From Phoronis australis (lineage: Eukaryota; Animalia; Phoronida): a DNA stretch of 64,000 bases. The notes beneath the pieces were generated by a model. It saw nothing but the letters and a program-made list of their open reading frames with translations, was not told the origin of the DNA and searched no databases. Where the stretch lies: NCBI GenBank assembly GCA_002633005.1, contig NMRA01000041.1, forward strand, positions 997,294 to 1,061,293, written 5' to 3'. The position numbers were made by a program, and so were the translations under genes. Below are positions 33,186 through 44,300 of this stretch, piece by piece. Every line of letters starts with the position of its first letter. Position 1 is the first letter of the stretch.

Positions 33186-34487
33186 CTACTTGCGGCATCG
33201 CTTAAAAACGTTGACAAGTTCAGTCCTAAAAATTGTTCCAGATATACAGTAGAGTAGGAGGTTTATAGAATGATTCAGGTACATTAACATAAAGAACGAT
33301 GTACGAATTAGACGAACATTTGCCATTTCGCTTGGTTCCATCTCATCGTAATGGGCGTAGAGTATCTCTACTATCTCGATGGGCGTGGTACAGATTATGA
33401 ATGAAACACTTACGATCAGTGGGAGAATGGTTGTGAACTGAACGTTCTTCAATCCGTTAAAAATGTTCTCAGCTTTAGGCTTAGGTCTTAATGCAAATGA
33501 CCGAAAAGTACCTTTTTTGTTGCCATTTTGTCTAGACATATTTACGGAAGTCGTATTTTTCCGGTTTTGTTTTAAATGACGTGACGATATGTCGGAGTCC
33601 TCATCGCAAAATAAGCTCTCCGTTAGTGATCTTTCAGGATTTTTGGAAGACCCCTTAGAGCGGTCTGACAGTTCATTCATGACGGGTTTGTTGGCCGGCG
33701 TGTTTCCTGCAGGAATACTCCTAAGTTTTTGTCGATCTCTTCGTACAATTGTTGTCATCAGGCGAACATTCATGCTCACTAATAAGGTAGTAGGTATGAA
33801 AGAATATATGCACAAATCAATCCAGGACCAGGCGTTACGAAAAACATCAGTGTAGCAGCGACTTTGTATCGTCATCATCGTTAGGTCGCCGTTTTTAAAG
33901 AGGCAGTCCACTACGATTTCATAGCTCCAAACAGTCGTCAAATCTGTGACGAATAAAACCGCAAATATAACTAATAGGCCAAACACAGCACGCCTCTTCG
34001 GCTGAACGCTGCGCGTTTTCACTGGAAACGTTATCTGCATGAATCGGTCTACCGTGACACCAACGACAATCCAAACAGACACGTGACGAAGAAAGTGATA
34101 GAGAAACCCTCCAAACAATTTGCACATGGGATCGTTGAGCATTTTAATATCAACGTTGGTGATCTTGCCGAGCCAGTATCTAGCGCCGCTGATGACAAGG
34201 ACCAGAGTGTCGAAAACCGCCAGAGCAGCAAGAAAAACACAAGTCGAATTATTCCTCAAATTTTCCCCCGTCATCACGATAAAAGACAACACGTTTCCTG
34301 TCGTTCCGAAAACGATGATAGTCGGTAGAAGATAGTGGTACAGTGCCAACGACAAATTGTAGGCGGGATACTTCGATAGTATAGTATCGTACCTGAAGCT
34401 TGCGTTCACTAAATTGTCCCCAGGCTTTACCAGTGTCATAGTAGCACCGAATGTTTTGTTCATAAAATCACAGTTTCGGTAAATCAT
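33186..34487 (-). CDS. Intronless class A (rhodopsin-like) GPCR, FMRFamide/peptide-receptor-like group, 433 aa
   Basis: Seven hydrophobic segments: GN in TM1 (GTTGNVLSF), LAVFD in TM2, Cys at TM3 start (MCK), DRF after TM3, YSFIP in TM5, FIICTTP in TM6, NHSINLLLY in TM7, then FR helix 8. N-terminal N-glycosylation sequons NKT, NAS, NLS. Long polar third intracellular loop. Confidence 0.92.
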   Translation of the reverse strand: MIYRNCDFMNKTFGATMTLVKPGDNLVNASFRYDTILSKYPAYNLSLALYHYLLPTIIVFGTTGNVLSFIVMTGENLRNNSTCVFLAALAVFDTLVLVISGARYWLGKITNVDIKMLNDPMCKLFGGFLYHFLRHVSVWIVVGVTVDRFMQITFPVKTRSVQPKRRAVFGLLVIFAVLFVTDLTTVWSYEIVVDCLFKNGDLTMMTIQSRCYTDVFRNAWSWIDLCIYSFIPTTLLVSMNVRLMTTIVRRDRQKLRSIPAGNTPANKPVMNELSDRSKGSSKNPERSLTESLFCDEDSDISSRHLKQNRKNTTSVNMSRQNGNKKGTFRSFALRPKPKAENIFNGLKNVQFTTILPLIVSVSFIICTTPIEIVEILYAHYDEMEPSEMANVRLIRTSFFMLMYLNHSINLLLYCISGTIFRTELVNVFKRCRK

Positions 34488-35574
34488 TTTGATTCAGCCT
34501 TGAACTAAGTCAGAGAACAGAGGTGGTATATTGGCTAATGACAGCGATTGATGCTTGCATGTATCAGATGTCTCAGAATGCCTCACCGATGGAGTGTGAC
34601 TTAACACCGCCGGGACAGAAAACCGATCTTCCTCTCGCTGATGACCACGCAGACTGCACCAAAACACGAGTTTCATTCGTTCCGATACGGTTAACCAACG
34701 ATCTCCAATCGACGTGATGTCGCTTTCATGGTTTACACCACCGATAGTCCTCTTCACGATAATCCATGCATACAGCTAGGTCACGGAGCACACTAAGTGC
34801 AGCCACCGCACAAAACCTGATCGACATCTGAAACAATTATTCATATAACACATGAATAAACATGAATAAAGACGCCTCTCGGACAGAGGCGAACTTTTCT
34901 CCGTCATTTGACTTTTGAAGTCAACTATTGTTACGAAATCAAGGCACGGTAAAATCCTACCAATTACCATTAAAATCAGGTGCCACGACAATCCGGTTGT
35001 TTTTATGACAAATCTGTCATCAGGACGGAATAATATTCTGCGTTTGTTTAACCTTGGACAATAAAACACCGTTTTAATGTGAGAAACAAAAAACTCAAAC
35101 CCGGAGGTTAAACGAATACATCGAAAAATAGTAGCCGTTCAATGAGAGTATAAAAGTAGTGTACAATGGAATTTGAATTAATAAATTTGCTACGAAAACA
35201 AAAATATTCTAAAAGACGTGCTTGAATTGTCAGGTGCTCTCGGTTTCCAGCTTTCAGTTGGTTCAATATACAGCAGCTATGCAGGTCGGGTGGTAGTCGC
35301 GGCCCCGGTGCTCAGTACGTAGAATTAAGATTGTGTGTAAAAAAAAACCCATGCCAATTAAAAACGCCTGTAGTCGATTTACAACGCAAGTTTGCACCAG
35401 GTGCATCATTGGAAAACGTGGTCATAGTCGTCAACTTTGTTCAAGTTCCAGACTAATATTTCTTCCCAAGCCACATTTTTGTTTTGCAATTGCAAACAGA
35501 GCTCCAGACCAGCCTCGCTCGTTTACAAAAAATTCTGTAACACTCGATCAATCATGATAAGAGAATAAGATGTT

Positions 35575-35723
35575 GGTGAGCAAGCAGACGCCCAAATCGT
35601 ATCTTTTTCAGTGGTTCTTTACACGAACGATCCAGGTACGGCCGAGCGTGTCATCTTTCGGAAAGCATCAGTGCGCATGAGACGATAATGAGTACACCCC
35701 GGTACGCAGAAACCCTGCGGCAT
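35575..35723 (-). pseudogene. Decayed THAP zinc-finger coding fragment, probably DNA-transposon derived
   Basis: Minus strand: MPQGFCVPGC..., frameshift, FPKDDTLGRTWIVRVK, stop, then ..VC; resembles the THAP pattern M..C.VPGC...FPKD....W...VC..HF. Upstream AAAATGGCGG and CACTTCCGG motifs; a CT|TTAA end near 35990. Confidence 0.55.
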
Positions 35724-38700
35724 GTTGACTCACTGGTAAATAAACGCAAACACGACCGAACATATCACAACCTAAGTAAAACAAAGACTGACTTGACAGC
35801 TCATACAGTCAGACTATATGAAAACAAAATGGCGGGAAATTTTTAACTCCCTAAACGTCACTTCCGGAGTAAGGCATGACTTCAGTGCTAAAATTACGGG
35901 AAACTATTATTAACTGAAAAATATGCTTGGAATAGTCAACGAACCGTACTTTTACTAAAAATGACATAAAAAGGTTGCTTTCTCCTTTAATTCAACGGAC
36001 TCGTTGTCACTGAATTATCGTTGGGGTACATTTCATGGAAGCCCAGAGCGCTAGACAAGAGGAAAGGGTATGCTTAGGGTAGTCTTTTAGGAATGGTCAC
36101 ATCAACGCACCCTAACGTGAAAAGGATGACTAACCCCCCGGACAGCGAAATAGACACCGGCGATAGAGTAGGGTAATCATTGCCTTTTTGATTGTCAGTT
36201 TTAATTATGTTTTACATACCAGTTGCATTTAAATAGCCATTGATCTGTGTAATCGAATAATATTAGCCGAGCTGGAAGTAAGAACGCTAGTTGGAAAAAT
36301 TGCCTGAACAGTGTTCTGCCGACGCTGCGAGGATAAATGAAACAGGAATACGGTTTATTTTTAGATCGTATAAAACACCAGAATATCATGCATAGTGAGT
36401 CCAGTAAGGCACAAGCCGTGGCAGCTGACGACCGACACAGTAAAACGATATCACAATAACAACAGTGATAACACTAAATGACTAGAAATAAACGCAATAC
36501 AATAGAAGAGAATAGAAAAAAATACATACATTGAAAAGACAATACAGAAATGTTGTCGCAATTTACATGGGAGTGTAGGCGCATACGGAAATGACTCCAA
36601 TGAAAAAGCCGCAAACTTATCAGTACTTAAAAAGTGGAATCTAACAGTTGTTCAGTGACAGCCGCAAAAACGAGGGAAATTGTTGAACGACTCTTAAGTA
36701 AAACGTTGGTACACGTAATTTTTTTCGCAACACATGTACTTACTCACCAACTGCGAACCGACCAGATCTGTTTTAGATTATCTTCAATTCGTAATGCCTC
36801 CAGGCGCTGAACGCTGATAAATCACGTCGCAGCCTACGATCTACCACACACCTCTAAGTGGGACACCAGGCAGTCGTAGCCGTGATTTAAAATCTTACTA
36901 TCCTCGCAGCCACTTTATAGCTTTTTGTATGTACATCACAATCAGCTGTCTACATGGAATACCAATGTCTTGCTAGTTTGTTCATCAAAAAAAATGCATT
37001 GAGCTGATCAAGCGGATTTCGTCAGCTGTCCGTATGCACTGACGCACGCGGTAATAAGTTATGTCTGAAAAGCGATACTGTTCTATAGTTATTGAAGAAT
37101 GTCGTATTTCACAATGTATTGATACATATCATGCTATACAAAAAGTATAACTTATATTGTGATTTATTCAGTGACTCAGACGGACATGCTGAATCTTTCC
37201 ATTTTGCTGCAGGTATGTTTTTATTCCAACTTTTTCTATTTTTACCCATTTATGTGTGCAATTTTTCATTTTGACGAAAATTCCACAAATACGAAATTTT
37301 TGTAACCCATTAACTCATTCGAGCCCCCCCCCCTGGGTGCGCGCATGCTTTACGTTTGATTTTGAGCAGTGATAAGCGCTGACGAGTCATGTTCTTGGGC
37401 ATTCAGTTAGTTCAATTTCTGCACTTGTACTATTTAATTGACAAACTGGGCACCAGCATCTTAATCAACCCACCCCTATGAGGTGACTTCAGTGCTGAGC
37501 GAAATGCCACGGTACATTAAGGTATCCACCGTTTCCTTTGTTATAATAACGATAATAACAAGCATATCGGTAATGACCTGAGGTACGCACAACATACGAT
37601 ATCCATGCGACCTGTATTGATATATCCAACAACGACTCAACAAAAGAAAGCAATGATACGATCGATCGATAGGAGACCACCAAGCCACGAGCTTACGCCA
37701 CGAGCTTACGCCCGTCGCATGGTGGTCTAAAGTTAAACAATACCGTGCGAGCTCCACACGACATCATAATTACTTAAAGGCAGTGCCTTTCAACTTCACC
37801 AAAAGTATTTACAAATATTGTGAACAAACGACTGTTCATTTGTAATTAATTGAATGCATTTCCAAAAATAACACGAGCTGAAGTGTCAATGACAATAGTT
37901 ATCAATTAATCCAAATGGCGGAGGAAAGGGTATGCTTACCATTTTAATTTTACTACTGAATCCATATTAAAGTATTTCTATATTAGTTTTCTTCATAGAA
38001 TTGTCGCCACAAAAGAATTTCCATTAAAACCCAGGCCTTTGAACGTTTTGTAAAAAGAGCCAGGGAATGTAAGGAACCAATCTTTACTGATATTATCGTT
38101 ACGAAAATGTTGATCTGGTCTGCTACGTGTCAATGGTTGTTTTCACTCAAAATTTATTTAATCTGTAGTTAAAAGATTTTTATTACACTGATAAGATATA
38201 ATTAACTTAATCCTTTGCTTGGGACTCAACTACCGCCGAAGACCGATTATCCCTTCATCTGAACTTTTTACGTCAGAGCCGATTTTACAACACTTTGAAA
38301 TGGAAATGTTTACTTTATGAACTAAAGCTATAAATGTAAAATAAAGCAGATGTATCACTTTTGTATCTTTAAATATTTGTAATGGTGCCTGGTCTCGAAA
38401 TGCATGTTTGTGTGTCTGCACGCGCAGATTCGGTGCAAACGCAGTCATCTCACGTAATGCGGGCAACATACCCTAGGCAATTAGGAAAAGAACGCTGGGA
38501 TCCTTACACCATGCGATCAAATAAATCTTTTAAACATTTGGCACGGCGTTCATCAGGGAAAGGTTGGTGTTCTCAAATGTAACCAGCTATAGTTCAGTGG
38601 AACGCCACTTTGATCACGCGCTGCCCAGGTTGCGTCGCGCACTGAGTGGGAGGTGTTTGCATTCGTTTGTTCCGGTGTTGTTTCTTGCTTCTAAAGAGCT

Positions 38701-39185
38701 TGGAGTCAGGAAGTTTTGGTCAGTACAAAGGAAGGAAGTTTAGAACTGTTTTCACCGAAAACTTCTTCAGTTCCGGCGGAACACACGTCAGTTACATATC
38801 AGTATATTCATGCACAAACATTGTCCGAAAATGGAGGACAGTCTGCTAGTTGCGACTTGGCGATTCGGAAAGCCGATCATTTGTGCTACACCTGCCTGTA
38901 GCTGGGAGGAGTAACGTAAATCCACCTAGACGTACAATTTTCTTAAGACACAGATCCCGACATGATGCACTATATAGCACTGGGTTTGATACCAAAATCA
39001 AGTATCTGAGCACAAATTCTTAAGACTACTGAAGCCATTGGAAAAAGTGTCGCATTCTCTAATATTCTCACTGAAACTCCGCCGATTTTCATTACAAAAG
39101 CCGATAAGCCCTTCATGAAATCATAAAATCATAACCATACCCCGACTTCTGCTTCGGGTTCCCACCAGGCGGCCAGCACATTCGG

Positions 39186-39346
39186 CAGTGGCGGATTTAG
39201 AGGGGGCCAAGGGGGCCGTGCCCTCCTCCCTAACATTCTCCCAGATTCCATTGGGCAGTTCGGGAGTGCCAATGTCTGACGGGCAAAATCCTGGCTAATA
39301 CTCTGCCCTGGCCCCCCCCCAACTCAAAATCCTGGATCCGCCCCTG
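39186..39346 (+). mobile_element. MITE family A, best preserved copy, 5-bp TSD TTCGG
   Basis: CAGTGGCGGATTTAG...CCTGGATCCGCCCCTG; TTCGG at 39181-39185 and 39347-39351. Confidence 0.88.
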
Positions 39347-39910
39347 TTCGGTACGAAAGTGTTTTCACATGGCAGGTGGGTTTTCATCTTGCTGACATCT
39401 CTAAAAGCTTGCAGTCCCAATGCTCTTAGCGAGAAAACCCATTTGTGTCATCACGACTGACGGAATGGAGTCCAGTCCAGTCAACGTATCCGACGAGTAG
39501 CTTCCCTTGCGGGCGCCCGGTTCACGGCAGCCTGTATACTGATTCATCATGACTTCGGTGAAGTCAATAATTCTACAATATGGGGCATCAAAAACAATGC
39601 CAAGCGACAACTAATTGCTCAACTTTGTTAATCTTGTATATAGTATTTTAAATTTTGTTTTAATTTCACACATATATATTTATTTATTTTATTTATTCTA
39701 TAACTTAATGTACTTATTTGTACGTGTACTAGCCTATAGCTAATGTTTTCTATTTGTTTCACTAAACCGACCGTAAATAAAATAACTTGACTTGACAAGT
39801 TCTGCTTTCTATATGTTCTTCTACTTTTCTTTCTCATAAATTGCTCCTTTTTTGTTTCCCACACTCGGACTTTCATCGGCTGACTCGGCAACTGTGAGTG
39901 AGTGAGGCAA

Positions 39911-41176
39911 GCAAAATGGTGAATGTTGGCCAATTCCCCTTTTGTCCACTGACGTCACAAGCATACTGGCGCCCCCAGTGGAGTCCCTGAGAACTCGTAG
40001 TTCATGAACCCGGTAGTATCCAACCTAGCAACGGCCGAGCCAAGCAGGCGAACAGACTTGTATTTATTGTGGGACGTTGAGTATCGTTTTTTTTCTAAAA
40101 ACATAATGCATGGAATATAATAATGAATGGTGTATAGTATCAATTAATTATGATTTTTAAAAAGACTCCTTTTTAGTCGAGCGTAAACGAGGCTATTTCG
40201 CGTGGGGATAAAACTTTGGCTTTGCCGTGTGTCACAGAAAGAACGCAGAATGGTGAATGTTGGCCAATTCCCCTTTTGTCCACTGACGTCACAAGCATAC
40301 TGGCGCCCCCAGTGGAGGCCCTGAGAACTCTTAAATACGAGTTCATGAACCCGGTAGTATCCAGCCTAGCAACGGCCGAGCCAAGCTGGCGAACAGACTT
40401 GTATTTATTAGTGTGGGACGTTGAGTATAGTTTTTTTTCTAAAAACATAATGCATGGTATATAATAATGAATGGTATATAGCATCAATTAATTATGATTG
40501 AAAGATTCCTTTTTAGTCGAGCGTAAACGAGGCTATTTCGCGTGGGAATAAAACTTTGGCTTTCCCGTATGTAACACAGAACTTAAGAACATTTGGATGG
40601 TGTTGCAGGATCGCGAGAATAAATGTTCCAATTTTCTTAATTTATTGGAACAATATTAATTTTCTGAGAGGTATGACAAGCAACATTATTTAAAAAATGC
40701 ACTAAAACATGGAGACTCTGGAAAAATCACAAAAAATACTTTAATCACAGTCGCCAGCATGCTTGTTCACGAGTTCTCAGGGCCTCCACTGGGGGGCGCC
40801 AGTATGCTTGTGACGTCAGTGGACAAAAGGGGAATTGGCCAACATTCACCATTCTGCCGCCGGCAAAGCCAAAGTTTTATCCCCACGCGAAATAGCCTCG
40901 TTTACGCTCGACTAAAAAGGAATCTTTCATTCATAATTAATTGGTACTATACACCATTCATTATTATATACCATGCATTATGTTTTTAGAAAAAAGCGAT
41001 ACTCAACGTCCCACAATAAATACAAGTCTGTTCGCCAGCTTGGCTCGGCTAGGCTGGATACTACCGGGTTCACGAACTCGGTTTATTTACGAGTTCTCAG
41101 GGCCTCCACTGGGGGCGCTAGTATGCTTGTGACGTCAGTGGACAAAAGGGGAATTGGCCAACATTCACCATTCTGC
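39911..41176. repeat. Compound repeat: two tandem ~334-bp units, ~195-bp spacer, then ~1.3 inverted units (foldback-like)
   Basis: Units start GCARAATGGTGAATGTTGGCCAATTCCCCTTTTG at 39911 and 40245; reverse-complement copies end CAACATTCACCATTCTGC at ~40857 and 41176; spacer ~40564-40758. Confidence 0.92.
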
Positions 41177-41252
41177 CACCTGGTGACTGCAACCACGTTA
41201 AATACTCTCTAGTCCGTCAGATGGCAGTGTGCTACGCATGCGCACAAGTAAA

Positions 41253-41266
41253 GTTACCGTAGCAAC
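41253..41266. promoter_or_regulatory. RFX X-box in the CFAP52 proximal promoter
   Basis: GTTACCGTAGCAAC ~90 bp upstream of the ATG fits the X-box palindrome GTTNCCATRGNAAC at all but one position. RFX control of ciliary genes is established. An NRF1-like CGCATGCGCA lies just upstream. Confidence 0.75.
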
Positions 41267-41355
41267 ATATCATTTGAAGGCTGCCGGTGGGAAAGATTGT
41301 TCAATTTTAAGCAAATTATTTAAAATTATTTGAGTACATTTAAAACGTAATAACA

Positions 41356-44300
41356 ATGTCAGGGACAGAAGTAGTCGAGGAGGTTCCCAGACTACAAATC
41401 GAAGATATTATTGGGTATAATGGTATGCATTTTGTTACAGAAAGTGGTGACTTAACGTGTGTGTCTGTGGATTGTGTGACCGAGTGTGATGAATGAAAAT
41501 TGATTTTGAGTGAAGATTTGTGCTGGATTGTATTGATATTTACCTAATTTTGAGTATACCTGTTTGCTCAATCCTTTTACAAATGTTGTCAATCAATCTT
41601 CTGAAACTGGTTTTCACTGCCTATTAAAATTTCCGCGAATTTACATTATAAATTTACTATTGCAAGGCCTGCAATGGTAAGTTAGCAATTCAGTCCTAGT
41701 ATGAACTAGGTGACGGCTCATCCTAATCCAAGCCTGTACGCTGGAAGATTTTCTGCAAATTACGCTTTACGATGGCTAAAGTGTCATGGTCACTATGTCA
41801 TTTTGATGTCGCTGTTGATTTTGTACCACTGTGCAAAGAATAGATTAGCGGATTCAGTAAAACTAAAAGACCTTCCAGTCAAATCTTGGGAAGCCAAGCT
41901 AGGAATTTGCTTGAATGTTGTACAATCATCACCCAAAACCTTTTCAATATGGTTGCGTGGCTATTATAAGCAGAAAACTTTGCTGCAACTCCTTCACATT
42001 TAATCATTGCACTGGGGTTTGGGTTTCTTCGTTTTGGACCATAGTGTGATTGTTTCACCACATTCCGTTAGATTGGAACTTAATGAGGAATCAATACATA
42101 CTCACCAAGAATTTCCCTGGAGACAAAATGACTTAGGATTCCCCAGCATGATAGGTGGGCACTGAATTCATTGCCAGAATGGCCCTCGCTCATGACCCAG
42201 AATGAAAGGAAGTTAACAGGAATGTTTGGAAGGTGGCTGAGACTAAGCCATTCTGTAATTAGAATTTTGCAACCACACTAATCATTACCAGTCATTTCTG
42301 CTAGATTTGATTTAGCCGTGCACTTGCTTGACTAGAAGTGTCCAACAGAGCTCAGTTTGATGGACTTTTATCTCCATAATCTCAAATCCAATCAACATTT
42401 TTAAAATTATCAACATCCAATGTCACAATTTGAAATAAATGGTTGCAATGTCAAGAACTATAATCGTACATTGAAAGTATTCAGTTTTCAAAAGGATTTC
42501 ACCATTAATTTGATTAGATGTGGCACTTCTGTGACCCATGTCAACTCCGCATGTTTGCCAGAGGAGTTCCTGTTTACATAACTGCTTCAGAAAACTAATT
42601 AGATGGTGTCCCCAATTTTTGCAGATCCACAATAGTCAAAAGACCATAGTACAAAAAATCAAAGTTCAAAGAGTTTGCAAATAAGTTAAAAATGTATCAA
42701 ACGCCCTTAAGTGGTGCATTTTTCTGTCATTGTTAGGACATTCAACTTTATTAGCCTTGCCTGTGGTAGTGTTCAACTGGAAAATAACAGAATCTTGAAC
42801 CAGAGGTAAAATTTTGGGTCAGTTGCTTCACATACCTGACACCTCAATTTTACCAGATTTTCTTATTATCTATCCAGCTCTGTTGTGAAATCTTCTAAGA
42901 AACAAGAATGCCTGGGTAATAGTCATAACAACCAATTATGTTTATAAGTAAATTATCTGTGGCATTTTGGTTGGGAACACATGCTTAATTTAACTTAAGA
43001 ATGACACATCCTGTAGTAGATGTGAATTGTTCTCAACATGCCTGTTTTAGTGTGAAGTTCTTATGGCCCTCTGCAATGCATGATTAATGATTGCTTTGTT
43101 GCAGGACACTCCGTAAAAACGGGTCTGCACATTCACCCTGATCGCCAGCACATTGTGTATGCTCTTGGCTGTGATTTGTTCATCAATACGTTACCTGAGG
43201 CCAAACAAAAGAACCACTGCGCACTCTCTGGCCACAAATCTGATGTCTCATGCATTGCCATATCCAGGGATGGACGTTTCATCGCAAGTGGCTGCAAGAC
43301 GCACATGGGTTTCATGGTATTAAAATGATTTTGCTTAGATTCTAATGTGTAAATAAACAAAGAGACACTGGAAATTGAAAATGCTTTGAAAAATACTTTC
43401 AATAGCACAATAATTAGTGTAGCTGATCTTGATTTTTTTCTGCTGATAGGTACATATTCAAATCAAAACAACCCTTATCATGGACACACACACACGCACG
43501 CACGCGTGCGCGCGCGCGTGTCCTTAAAGCTGTTCTACAATAGGTTCATTCACAATATATTATAATTCTTATGGAAAATAACTCAAGCACTTGTTGAACA
43601 TTTCAGGCTGATATTATTGTCTGGGACTTCGAAGGACGTTGTGAATATGCCAGGTTTACACTGCACAAAGTCAAAGTGGAGGCCCTGGCCTTCTCACCCA
43701 GTGGGAAGTTTCTTGTGTCACTAGGTGGCAGCGATGATGGCAGGTAATGATTGAGTGTCAAGCAAGGGAGATCCTGTTTTCTATTGTGTGAACGGACATT
43801 TTTTGATTAGAGAATTGTGGATCATACATGTCTGCTGCCATCTGTTGGCTGGAAATGTAGGTTATGTCCTATGGTTTCATTTGATTGGCTGATCTCTGCC
43901 CCACAATTTTCTCAATGATCCTTACTGAGACATTTGAAAAAAGAATGTAATTCCAAGTCAATAAAAATCAACGTTGCTATGAATTATGGTGTCCTGAAAC
44001 TTACAGACTGCCCTAAACAGAAGAATTTTTACCGTGAATAATCATCAAAACTATGACCTCCTGAAATCAAGGCTGTTTTGCTTGAAACTGACAATCGTGT
44101 GTTTCCTGCTCTCTGCAGTGCCGTCGTCTGGAACTTGGAGACACGTGAAGCTGTCTGCGGTTCCCCAGCTCAGGTACCTAGTGCAGGTAATACCACCTGG
44201 GTCGCCTATGCCAATACCAGCGAATACACATTCGTGACAGGTGGAGAGTAAGTGAATTTGTTTTGTTTTGTTTCTCCCAGTGCATATTCCTCAACTCTAA

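Noticed and set aside
33589-34335. Plus-strand and alternative-frame ORFs over the GPCR
   Set aside because: Shadow frames of the real GPCR coding sequence.
39955-41212. Family of near-identical small ORFs (LYTIHYYIPCIMFLEK...)
   Set aside because: Produced by the 334-bp repeat units; frames break differently in each copy and no domain is recognisable.
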